Source of the DNA: Perkinsus chesapeaki ATCC PRA-425
Taxonomy: Eukaryota; Protista; Perkinsozoa
NCBI GenBank assembly: GCA_013115145.1
Contig: JAAPAO010000006.1
Location: 124,001-188,000 of the forward strand
Reading direction: 5' to 3'
Length of the DNA: 64,000 nucleotides
Position numbers and translations under genes: made by a program. How positions within the stretch are numbered: the first letter of the stretch is position 1; every line of letters starts with the position of its first letter. The notes below the pieces were generated by a model. It searched no databases, had not been told where the DNA came from, and was given only the letters and a program-made list of their open reading frames with translations. This document shows positions 40,866-52,558 of the stretch, piece after piece.

Positions 40866-41625
40866 CTAGGAATAAGAATCTCGGCTGAAGTGCTTTACTG
40901 TGCTACTTTCGGAGCCACGTTCCGTGCTAGTCGGGGGATGAAGATCTCCTTCGATTTCTTTTCGTATTGTCTAGGACACAATCAATCACAAAGTTTCTTT
41001 TTCGTAACTGTCGCACTTCAGAATCCCAAGGTTTCGTTTCGCTCAGGGCTCGCCTCGTCTTCGAATCCTTTGTTACATCTATTGCTCGTTTACCTACACG
41101 TAGCCACTGTGGACCTCGAGTGTGGACCACTCCCGCACCTTTCTGTGAGAGGGCTTCTGTGTCAGCTCCAAAATGAATTAAATGAATGCACACCGACGCT
41201 TGGCCCATTTGCGCGGCATGATGTAGCGGGGTCTGACCGTAGCTGTTTGCAAGATTGACAGATGCTTTGTGCCTGTCAGCACGAAGGATGCTTCGTCGGT
41301 CCCAGGGGCTCTAATTAAGGGTATCTCAGCTTACTTCAGAAGGGAAAGAACAATTTCATCATCGCCATTGCCCGCTGCGTAATGGAGAGCAGAATCACCG
41401 TAGGCATTTTTATGATCGACATCTACCCCCGCTGTTAAGAGAGCTTTCACTGCTTTAGAGTCCTGAGAAGATTTCTATACTAGAAGAATTCTCTACGGAT
41501 GCACTACTCACCCTTTTAACGCAACTGTACTGTAGAGGACTGAACTGAGCCACACCCCCAGTGCCAAATGTTTGTTTCTCCTCTTCTTTGCTTTTGGACA
41601 GACCAGACTCTCCAGGAGGAGGCAT
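40866..41625 (-). CDS. Ankyrin-repeat protein (paralog A)
   Basis: SPLQYSCVKR|DSKAVKALLTAGVDVDHKNAYGDSALHYAAGNG and NSYGQTPLHHAAQMG. Confidence 0.8.
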
Positions 41626-41698
41626 AAGGATGGGGGAATGGGAGCCCTGTGCGGGTTCACCACGAATTGACCGACGAAACAACGACTAAACCGGAAAC

Positions 41699-42209
41699 TT
41701 AGTGCGTTCGGTCACTAGACTCATGACCATCAATCTTCAACCCTTCTTCCGCGAGTCGACCGTGTTCTTTCATACATTTGCGGAAAGCGACTAATTCTGT
41801 TTGGCATTTACGCCAATCTCTGTCGTTATCCACGATACACTCTTCGAGGACGTTATACGATTCAGAACCTGCCGGGTAGTCGGTAAAAACTCCAGTGGAA
41901 ATTTAGTCTGTTATTAAACAAACCAACCTAAAACTGGCTGAAATATCTTGGATAAACTGACTCGAGTACTAGGGGAATAATCCTAGTCCTATTACGCCAA
42001 CTAAAGGACCTGTTGACCAGCAGTTCTTGGAAAGCACGCGCGTCACAGGTTCCGCAATGAACGAGCTAACGAGATAATCAGTACGTACAGCCTGTCTCGT
42101 CAATCTTGTCGTCAATATCAGGAGCGTCATACAGTCCTTGAAGGTCTGGTACGACCTCTACTGGAACTGGTGCGCTATCAGAAGCACCGTCCCCTAAGGA
42201 GCTGGACAT
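41699..42209 (-). CDS. Twin CX9C (CHCH) mitochondrial protein, COA4/CHCHD8-like
   Basis: Two exons give DKIDETG|CSESYNVLEECIVDNDRDWRKCQTELVAFRKCM. The CX9C-CX9C spacing and the DWRKC motif are characteristic of COA4. Confidence 0.78.
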
Positions 42210-42478
42210 TATGGATAACGAGCTGCAATCTAACGACGCAAAACTTGTACTTGAATAGGGAATACAACTCGCGAAACGCTGATTACTGTGAACAAGCGAT
42301 TTGGGGAACAGTGGTGGAAGTAACAACTCAACACTTAGGTATACTGGGGATACTGATAAGGATTTACGTATACCCTCGTGGAACAGCCAAGGAAAATAGA
42401 GGCCGCTATCACTCGGACTTATTATGCTTCTTCTTGTACCTGCGATTACCAACGGGGAGACTTGATTTTACATGGTCG

Positions 42479-43331
42479 TTACCTTCTCATCATACTTTCC
42501 AGTTGGAGATGCATTTTCGGTTGACCCTTCTTGGTCCTAGCTGACAGCAAGCGCCCATGCGCACGTCTGAATTGAGGCATGGCATAAGAATAACCCCAAG
42601 CAATACACACCTCTCTTTTGCAGCTCGGATCTTCTGGTTCTTTATCTCTTCCTCCCGTTCTTCTTTTTCTCTCTGCTGCCGTTCCCGCTCTGAACACAGA
42701 CAATTCGGCATAAAAACATGCGAAACATCGGCTACCGGCTTCTCTTTTCTGATGCAGACGCTGCTCCTTTTTGAACGGGTTCTTCCTGGCTTCCAATTCC
42801 TTCGCCGCAGGTAAGGCAGGTGGAGCCTCGCCTGGAGACAAAAACGCTAACAGATGACACTGAAGCGCCGATATACTAGGTTCGTCATCGATAGGAGGCT
42901 CTTCTTCAGCAAGCGGCGCCGCTTCATTCTTTTCCACTTCGATCTCAGCAGGAGACACGTCATCCGCAATAGGAGCTTGCAGATGGGCGGGGTCTGTGTC
43001 CTCCACAGCAACTGTCGTCTCTCCAGTTGGTTGTGTCACGCGCGGCTTGCCGAAAGGGTTGAACAAGCGATCTAAGAGCCGAAGCGTTCAACCCCGGTCG
43101 GTCCGGTCCGTCTCTCACCTTCGTAATCCTCACGGCCTGTAGCCACACTTTCAGAGGCGCCCTCGTGCTGCAGCATCCGATGGTACCTTCAGATGTCTTA
43201 CTCATGAATTGCTTGAAAACATTGACATACTTTTTCACTTGTTTCGCCTTTCTTTGGAACTTTTGTTGCTTTTCCCGTCTTTTGAACTCATTATACCCCG
43301 TTGAGGGCTTGGACCGAGGATTAGGGCCCAT
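42479..43331 (-). CDS. rRNA-processing FYV7/TAP26 (CCDC59)-like protein
   Basis: Basic N-terminus, acidic middle, charged coiled coil and C-terminal LSARTKKGQPKM, which resembles the Fyv7 TxxGQPxM motif. Confidence 0.6.
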
Positions 43332-43399
43332 CGCAATAGAAACCTGTCGCAACGGTGAACAGTCGTCGCAAAAGCCACCGAACGCGAGACCGTCTTGTT

Positions 43400-44837
43400 T
43401 CATACGAAACACATCAGCATACCGTGATAGTGCTTCAGGCTCGTGGGAGCTGCCATCATCCCTGCGGGCGGCTTTTGCTTGAGTCAGCAGAATTGAGAAA
43501 AACGACGGACAAGTATTCAAGAAGACAACCTCACTGCCTGCTTCCGGTACTCTTCGAAAGCAATGAATGCTATCGTAGTATATGGCCCGATGCGCACCTG
43601 TCAACCATTACCCTTCAAGCTCCGCCATGAGGCGAGTCAAAGGTGCCCCGTCACGTTCCTTACCCAGTTAGGAATGAAACCTTTATAAAGAGCGAACACT
43701 CCCTCAGACTTCACAGTTTTCACCAGACAATCAGTCAAGCCTTTGTATGCCCTACGAGCGATGAACATCTGGAATCTGGAGTGTGCGACTGCCTACCTCC
43801 CCTTGGTTAGATCTTGATTCATCAGCCGAGTTTTCGCAACGTCCACCGGCGTACTCACAATTGCGGCCACAAGTCCCGCGATCATAGAGGATACAAAATA
43901 ACTAAGATGAATTTGCCCCCGGAAATAAGCGGTACTGGAGTTACCTGAAGGTGTTATCGCCAAAAACCTTGACAATTTCTTCCTTGCATTGATCGTAAGT
44001 TGCGAGCTCTGCCGCGTTCACCAAGAACGCTCGCTGCATGTTTGGTATCACTCCAACGCTGAGCGAACTCAATAGTCATCGGGAATGCACACCGACCCTA
44101 CGCACCTGATTCCTTTCATGCCCTCAGCCTTGTACATTTTATACAGGCCATCGAAAACGTTCCGGTAGCGACGCTCAGCCCCAACTTTTAAATCACCCTG
44201 CATCCTAACCTGTAAGGAAAAATAATCATAATACATTTTTCAAGCCTCAGCGGTAAGTACTTTGATGACATCCACGGGATTTATAAGGGCTGATCCGATA
44301 ATACCACCGACACCACCCGCAAGTATCTTAACCTTCAACGAAGCCGAAGACTCTGAGAGAAGACAAGCAAGCCTCAGTAGCGTACAACAGTGCCGATGAT
44401 GCGACTCCTGTTCCCAAGCCGACAGGAGCATTACTGTCTTCTCCCAACAACTTGCAAGTTTCATCTCTCAACGGCTCATATAGAGCAAATACAAGTCCCC
44501 GATAGAGCCCCTGTCTGACCAAGGCCGCTGAAAAGCCCTTGTAAAGCCCCGTTGGCCCTTCGTTGTGGTATACCTAAAAGCACGAGTAAAGTGCTCCTTC
44601 AAAAAACATACTTTTTTAATGGCGTCAGCCATCCCGTTATATCGCTTAGCACCTCCTGCTTCACCTGAGAGTTGCAAGCGAGTCTTTGAAGTGTCTATCG
44701 GGTATCTGATACATTAATTGATCCGAACACGAAAAGTCAACCGTGTCACAGTGCTACGTGAAAAAATCGGCGGTTTGGCTTGCAAATGCCCCTGCAATGG
44801 GTCTCACCCACCACTTCTCGTCCGCGTGGGCCTGCAT
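43400..44837 (-). CDS. Mitochondrial carrier (SLC25), UCP/oxoglutarate-malate carrier subfamily
   Basis: Three carrier signatures: [22 protein letters not shown] and [13 protein letters not shown]. Also [21 protein letters not shown] and YKGFIPNW|VRIGP. Confidence 0.9.
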
Positions 44838-45100
44838 AATAAAGCTTGCTCAAGAGAGAGAAATCGCTGTAGAAGATTAAGTGCGTTTTTTCCATATCTC
44901 ATGTAGGTCGACGAGAGAACTATGACCCGATTCGTTGGAACACAAGATAACTTTATTATGGATTAATAAAAAAATGCAACAACCAAGATACGATGTACAG
45001 CGCCACTGCTCCGGAACGTCTTGTGACGGAGGCTCAAGCGGCTAAGGTGAAAAATGGTTACACGCTACGTGATAGATACGATCGTCTGATTGGATGGAAG

Positions 45101-48100
45101 TCAAAAGAAGACTCTGAGAAAATCCTTGAGCTCGGATCGTACAGCGATGGCCATAAGAGTGAGATAACCCATGAAGGCTGCCACTCCAAGGGTCATGAAA
45201 AGGATACCTGAGAGTAACGACATTATAAGTTAACAAGGGGGAACAGAATGCTTGTGTGCGAAATTCAGAAGCCTCTGTGGCGCGGAGGTTCTTTGTTAAG
45301 CGCTCTATAGCTATGCCTCTCATCAACATGAGTTCAGATGGAGAAGTGCCGGTTCCTATATTTCAAGGAGACGACCTTTTAGCAACGACACCCCACGTCT
45401 CAAACTTCGGGTTTCCAAATTTCGGGCAGTCCAAAGTTTCAGATGAATTATGCACCAGGCGCTAATTTCACAAGTCATCACATACCTGCCATACTATTTT
45501 TAGCCGCTAGACTCATATCACGCAAACAGTACTCTAGAATACCAAGAGAACCGCAGCTTGATGATAGGACAGATAGCAAACATATGGTGCACCGCAAGGG
45601 GAAGTATGCGCTGACTTACCGCCCTGTAACGTGGCCAACTGGGAATGTAACAAATAGGCGTTGATCACAATGAGCGCCAGTGCGCAGGCCCAGCAGAGGC
45701 TCTTCAATCGCCGGCCTATTGCCCAGTCCTGACCAAAGGTCAAAAGTACTTGTGAAACAACAGCATGACCTACATGACCCATAACTCGAGGATCTCCAAC
45801 GAAGTGTAGCAACGGGAGGAGAGCGAAGGGCAATTGGACGGACTGCAGGATGTTGAGCCAGTCATTCACCGCTGATAGCGACGAAGCGGAATTTCCTGCT
45901 GATGACGTTTGCCAGATGGCCACAGCCAGCGCTGGTACCTGTCGGCCGATTTATGAACTGCAAAAGCTAGAAAACTCACCAGAGCGATCGACCGGGTGAT
46001 GAGAAGTCGCAACCAAAGGGGCACATGGAGACCCAGGAAACCTTCCATAACATATTGGCCGGCCAGGGATCCTAAACGCAATATGATAGGGGAGAGGGAT
46101 CCTACTGACACACCAGTCATTGTGCTCGCTTGACCAGCAGCCAAAACGCCAATAGCGAATAAAGTGGCTGCGAATTCTGAGGATCCCATGAGAGACGCCA
46201 AAGCGGAGCCTCCGTTGCTCAGCCCGATAGATGTACAGAAACCTGAGGGTAAGCAGCCGATGGCACATACTGGAAAACGGCAGCTCTTCCTACCTTGTTG
46301 TCCGACTGAATTCGTACAAGAGCAGTCATTCAACACACATTCCAACCCAGGGACAGACGCAGAGGTATTACAACCGAGCGTTCCCGAGGGGTTAGCTGCG
46401 CAGTGAGGGGAGAAAAATCCCTACCACCAACACATCATTTGGTACTGAGTTGCAGAGCTTATTCTGCGATATATTATTTCTTCGAGACGTGCACTTCTAC
46501 ACGGAAGAATTCTCGGAAATTACAGATCACATGGAATCGTGTCGGATGACTTAGTGGTTGTTGTACTTGCTGTACAACCAAGTGCATTTAGCTAAGACTA
46601 TTACCTGCGCGAAGCTAGTCATAATCGCAGTGTTAATCATAAAGGACACAACTAAAGCAACTGTTGCATCCAAAGAGAAGTAAAGGCTAGCTTGCTCCAA
46701 CGCTCTCGGACTGAAATACAGACACTAATGCACGAGATCCACTGAGATACTTACTTCCTCCGATCCACGCGACGTGTCGAGCTTATGAGAGACGAGTGAA
46801 GATAAATATTATGTGGCATGATCACAGCCCCAACGACTCCGACCATTTGCACTACTGCATACGACGCAACAGAGGGAACAAATCCTGCAAGAACCAACCC
46901 ATTTATTCCGATATCGGCAAACCCAGGAAGACAGAAAGAAAGACGCAGAGCGGTCGATTCAATATCAATCAAAAAATATGAAAGACAGGAGCTCGGTCGT
47001 TTGGACCGAACTACAAGCTGGCTGAGTACAGATACACCGGAACACACGTTTGTTATAATTTAGGCATTAACCCCATCCGAATGACGACTAGTCCGTCTGG
47101 CTAAGCGATCTTACCCAGAACATATGCATTATCATATCCCCTGACCTAATATTACCTAGCGCCACATCAATAGGTTCCGGCTTCACAATCTCCAGATTGG
47201 CGAAAAAGCAGGCACACATTATCATTATGATAGATACAACAAAACCTTCGAGTACCCTCGTACCGTGAAGATATCTGGAGGGGATCCAAACAGAAGCCGA
47301 CCAACTCAGACCTACTGTGCTGCCATGAATGTGAAGGTGTCAGCGGCCGTGATGATGCAACCGATCCAGAGAGGAATGCCAAACAGCAGGCGGAAAGCGA
47401 CTGCTGATCCGAGCACTTCCTGAAAGCATCATAGACTATTCGTAATCCAATCATGGCGAGTTGTGAAGAGCAACTCACTTGGATATCAGAACCGATGATC
47501 GCTATTTCAGTCAGTATCCACAAAATCGTGCCGGTGCGCTTCCCATATCCTGCTCGACCTAAGCTCGTGAGATTTCGATTAGCGTGAAAAGCGTTCAAAT
47601 TACAGTGCTGTGCAAGACTTTTTCCTGTAACGAAACCTAGCCGGGCACTCAGACACTGCAGCAATAGCCCGACTGCATGAGCCACGAGCATCACCCACGA
47701 TAGTTGAAAGCCTGTGTAGACCTAACGAGTGAGTCCAGAGTGGGCCAGTTTTTACGGCGCATTATACCCCAGATTGTAAATCAGCCTCCAAATTTCCTGG
47801 GTCTAGATAAGCTAGTGACATTAGCCATCCTGGGCCGGCGTACCGGATGAATGTGCCTGAACAGCTACCATAAGCTCGAACCACCCAATTAGATGATTAG
47901 ACTTCAGAAGATCACACAAACATGTAGGGCCCCGATACTACGAAAGCTGAATTTAGGTCGTCGTTTGCTATCGAGCCCTTCGGGCGTCGCATCCACCGGG
48001 CACACAATAACTCTCCCTTTCGCTATATCATCTTCCTCGGATGATGATGCAGTACTGGCTGTTGCTGTAGGTATCAGCAGTGGTTCAGAGTTCTCCGGAC

Positions 48101-48116
48101 ATCGTGGTGGTAGCAT
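45101..48116 (-). CDS. NRAMP: NRAMP (SLC11) divalent metal transporter
   Basis: GPGWLMS|[70 protein letters not shown] and [17 protein letters not shown]. Confidence 0.95.
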
Positions 48117-48499
48117 CAGCAAACGAATAAATCTGTAGCAAGTTAACGATAAGCAATCTAAATCAAGCTTCGAGGGCTGGTTTTAGCAATGAGCGGCAGG
48201 TCTCCTACCCCTCCTTCCGCGGGCGCTACATGAACCATACTCGTCGTGTACCGTGAATTACCACTTTCGCCACCGAATTAACTCAACAATTGTCTGCTCA
48301 ACATCAGGCTGTGATAAATGTAACACAACGGGCTGATGAATTAGAAAGGCTGCCTAAGATCAGCTGCCAGACCTGCTTCAAAAAGTGCCATTCCAGCTGA
48401 GTTACCGAGTTTACCTCTCCTCTGTGGTACGGAGCTTCGCGAGTCATTGAAATACGACGAGCTCGCACCCTAAGGCTCGTTGTTACGACTAAACGACTA

Positions 48500-49364
48500 A
48501 TATCTCTCCCTCACTACTTGATACCAATGTCTCGCATTGCTATGTCGCCAGTATCGCCCGGTACTGACAGTAGGCCGCCAATCCTTGTCTGTATTAGAAG
48601 CTCTTCCTCGACTAAACCATAATGGTGGATCCCGAGGATTGATGGTGATTTCTGCACGATTGAAGGTCGAGCTATGTTTCTTTCTGCCCTGATCACGCAT
48701 CAACACTGAGAAGATCGAGATGGAAACAGATTCGCGTACTCCGTAAGTCGCGATATCATCTCGCCTATATGGCGGGTAAACCGCCACGTGGGCCCGAAGG
48801 GACACTGCGGAGGAGCTCTAAACAATGACGGTAATGGAAGTTGTTGTCGGACAATATACATGTAGGCTTACTCTGCTGGACGAAGGGTGCCCGAAGCTGT
48901 TACGCATCTCCAGATGGTTGTCATCAAACCTGAGTTTTGCATGAATCAAGATTTGAGCTAAACGTCATAAGAATATTTGCGACAGCTTTCGCTGATGCTC
49001 GCATATGGCTTTTGGAGAATATCCGGTATTGTTGATGAAATTCGTGTGTATACGCCGCCCCACACGATGGTGAGCTACAGCCCCAAAGATCCAACCACGC
49101 CGAAATCACCCCCCTGTTAGTACTCTGGCACTCCCTTAGAAAAAGCGGGATACGCCCCCAGTGTGTAGACCCGATGGAGCAACCCAACCGTGGAGCATCC
49201 GCCTGCAGTCTGCTGGGGTAAAGACGCAGACATCTTAGCAAAAGGTACGTATGTCTAACCCACATAGCCCTTTTTGATACAACACAACCATTCCAAGAAT
49301 AAAAAGTATTCCTTATCGACGACTTAAAGCCCTCTTTAAAAAGGACGTGCATCAAGGAACTCAA
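48500..49364 (-). CDS. Hypothetical protein
   Basis: Minus-strand ORFs 48924-49364 and 48497-48805. No family recognised. Confidence 0.3.
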
Positions 49365-49406
49365 TTAAACTCTTTTCCATTTATCTGGTACGTTGGCCCG
49401 GGCCAT

Positions 49407-50310
49407 CTAGTTTTCCTTCGGCTCATTACCATCACTCTGAAGTTCTTCCAATAGTTGCTTGGCATCCGGGCACCTGAGGATCAAAATAGCTCATATTAGA
49501 CTCCTCAAAGTTGGACTACCAAGGGCTGGCCTTAGTCAACTGATCGATTTGCTGTTCCATAGTCAAACCGCCTTCAGGAAGACCCAAGTATTTAATGATG
49601 TCGTCAGGGGTTTTCTTGCTAACCCAAGATGCGATCTGTTTAGGAACATTCAGGTTAGCAATGCAAAACCCATCGAGCGAGCAGCACCGTGCTTATGATT
49701 GCAGTCAGACCGTGGGAGACCAGAGAGCGCAGTAGAGGAACATTACCTTAGCACAGCACAGCAGAACGAGTGGGCGAACTAGCATATAGTTAGCGGCCAA
49801 CATAAGGTCAAAGACTTCTGTCTAAAGGAAGACCATCCCAGAAAGTTAGTGCTAAAACTCACCTCGACGTTAATGTCGACAAAATCAGCGTCCCACTTGC
49901 AGATACCATTGTCAGTCAGAGCTGCGCCTCTCCGTAAAGGCTTATTAATTGGGCCTGCAGGGGACGGCCGATGCAGAAAGCATGCTGAGAATTCTTACCA
50001 GCAGCGCCATTCTCATTATGATACTCCAAGTATTCTACAATTCGCTTTAACTCCCGCGAGCTGACTCCGGGCAAGGGGAACTCCTGAGTGAACATAACAT
50101 TACACTTCTGATTCAGCAGTGTCTTTCGCGGGAGCTCCATACAGCGGAACTACAGGAATCTCACTAGAGGGTGATAGAATGTACCTCGCTATTCTCTCCT
50201 GACGAACCATCTAAATAGTTGGAGAGCATGTCACATTGCTTGGCAGCTTCAGCTGAGATCTGAACCACGGCATTGTCCTTGGAGCGGAGATTAAGAATAC
50301 GGCCAGTCAT
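49407..50310 (-). CDS. SKP1: SKP1-family protein (divergent)
   Basis: MTGRILNLRSKDNAVVQIS, EFPLPGVSSRELKRIVEYLEYH, KWDADFVDIN, AANYM, CAK|IASWVSKKTPDDI and SPW|CPDAK. Confidence 0.85.
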
Positions 50311-50599
50311 TATATTGTAACAACGGACAGCTGAAGTAACACTCGACTGAAGATCAAGCGATCACATGCGAGATATAACAATATAAGACAACGAATATAA
50401 AAATGACTTGGCGCGGGAAGTTATTGCGCAAGCCCAACACTTATCTTGCGTATTTTGACCACAACTCGAAATATATCGATTGGAATGACGAGCGCTGTTC
50501 TTGGTTCTCGACGATGTTCGTGTCCTTGTAGCTGTGTAACACAGCCTGTGAGTCGGCGATCATACTGATAGCTATCGCGCATTAACTTGAGCCCTAAAG

Positions 50600-51600
50600 G
50601 TTATAATAGACAGCATTCTGTGGTACTGCTGCTGGCAGCAGCAGCAGCAGCAGCAGAGAGCATTTGGCTTCTCAGGGAGGATATATCTAGCAATTGCGTT
50701 TCCAATTTTGCTTGGACGAAATCCCGAACAACATCATCGGCGTTGATGAATAAGGCCGTATAATGAGGGATAAGCCCACATATCGGTGGAGATCTGCAAT
50801 ACTGCCTGCGTGTACGTCAGTATTTTCTGTGGTGCGAAACTACAGGCTTCTGAACGTCAAGTACAGACTCAGTCCGTCAGTATCAAATTGATATTGATAC
50901 CAGCTGATGGGAAGCTTTTTAATGATAGTATCAATAATACTCACGTCAGCTAACCAACCTGAAGTTGAACTGTTCAACTGTAACACAACTACGATGCGAG
51001 TCAGAAACATGCCGAATCGTATTGAAATCCAGTCGACCACCATATCCCAAAAATATGCGAATGTTAGTCTAAAACGCGAGTTGTGCATCCTTTCCAATGA
51101 GGAGGTTCCGTTCTGATAGTAGCAGAATGCCCACTCCTCCCATTACTGCTGCGGTATAAGGTAATCGGAACCACAGCCACCACCTGAAGAGCGATAACGT
51201 TTCAAAGCACCCGCCATACTGATCCCCATTCTAGGGACTTACCGGGGCACTATGCTGAAGACACGCGCACAGCAGTCAAAGATGGCTATACCCAGGAAGC
51301 CTAGCATAACATGGGTCAGTGCCTCACGTGGTAGATCTACCATTTGGATAACTCGCAATGCAGGTTGAGTGAGAGTTATATGATTTGAACTACCCGTGGC
51401 CATCCTGCTTGTCATCATTGCTAGTGCCATTGGTACTGCTGGAAGGCCAAAACGGAAAACCCCGTAAAGCATATTGTACCTGTTGCATTGTGTATAGTAC
51501 AAACCTAGCGAAGGGCCTTTACTCGGTATTCCGTAGGGGAATGGCATAGCGGGCTGCTTCAAGTCCCCAGTGAGGGGCACCTGCGGCTACTAGTAGACAT
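50600..51600 (-). CDS. Hypothetical membrane protein
   Basis: Minus-strand ORFs 51239-51580 and 50840-51097 contain hydrophobic segments. Confidence 0.35.
50635..50655. repeat. (GCA)7 microsatellite
   Basis: Seven perfect GCA units are visible. Confidence 0.9.
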
Positions 51601-51699
51601 GATGTGTAGTGGACGCACGCCGATAAAACATGCCGTGCAACTGAAAAATACAAGAGCTTGACAAGGAATAGGCATTGATTCGGCAACCAGACATCTAGC

Positions 51700-52316
51700 T
51701 TGTAAAATCGATTCGAAGCTGTAAGTTCACAGAAGTTCCTTGGAAGGCAGGCTTACTTTCACTGTCACTTTTATCCTGCATCCAATACCTCCCCGTCTTA
51801 GTTCTATTCTCTGACGTGTCCTCGGTCAACGCTGGTATCATGTGCACGGCTATCGCCTGATGATTGGAATCCTTTGGCTACGTAAAGCTGGAACTGGGCA
51901 TAATATTGGATTTGGTCTTACCGCGCAAAATAGAGGAGTAAGACTCAAAACACCCCACCATTTCCAGGACGCTGGTATCTACATCACATGATTAGTGCAA
52001 TGGATACCAGCTTGTTTGCAGCTTGCGCAATACTTGAATTCGGTCAACGTAGTCTCGCCTCTTCTGTGCCCATCTCGGGAGATTCTCAGTCCATGCATCC
52101 TTCCAATCAGACTCCACCAGTTTAGTTTCCTCTGAGATAGAGCTACCACACTCTCGTCGTCGGGTTTACACTACGTCCAACTGGTTTGTCTAGACCGAGC
52201 TTCTGTTGTTTTCGTAGCTGTTTACGGGTGAGACTAGCAAAACCTCTGGCTTGTCTCAAAGATAGAACCGCATCGCCAGAAAGCAGCGGTCGACAGTGAG
52301 CAGCATACGAGAGCAT
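51700..52316 (-). CDS. Hypothetical protein with a mitochondrial-presequence-like N-terminus
   Basis: MLSYAAHCRPLLSGDAVLSLRQARGFASLTRKQLRKQQKLG, where the R-x-F-A-S pattern resembles a cleavage site. Confidence 0.45.
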
Positions 52317-52558
52317 AACTGAGTATTCAGAGACTTTGCTGTGACAACGACGTCGCAAGACTGAAACGTGTAAACTACAAGTTATAGAGAGACGGGTCGG
52401 CAGGAACTACTGCTACTACTACACCAGCCTCGCTTCCCTTGCAGCCTACTTACACATATTTATAACTAACTCATAAGGCAACTGCAGTTTGGCACTGAAA
52501 GTGTAGCTAAACTGTACTCTATTTGCTAAATGTGCGGAATGAAGGCATCTTGAGAGTA

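Noticed and set aside
45270-45305. GCCTCTGTGGCGC...GCGC resembling a tRNA 5' half on the + strand
   Set aside because: No anticodon arm, T-loop or acceptor partner follows.
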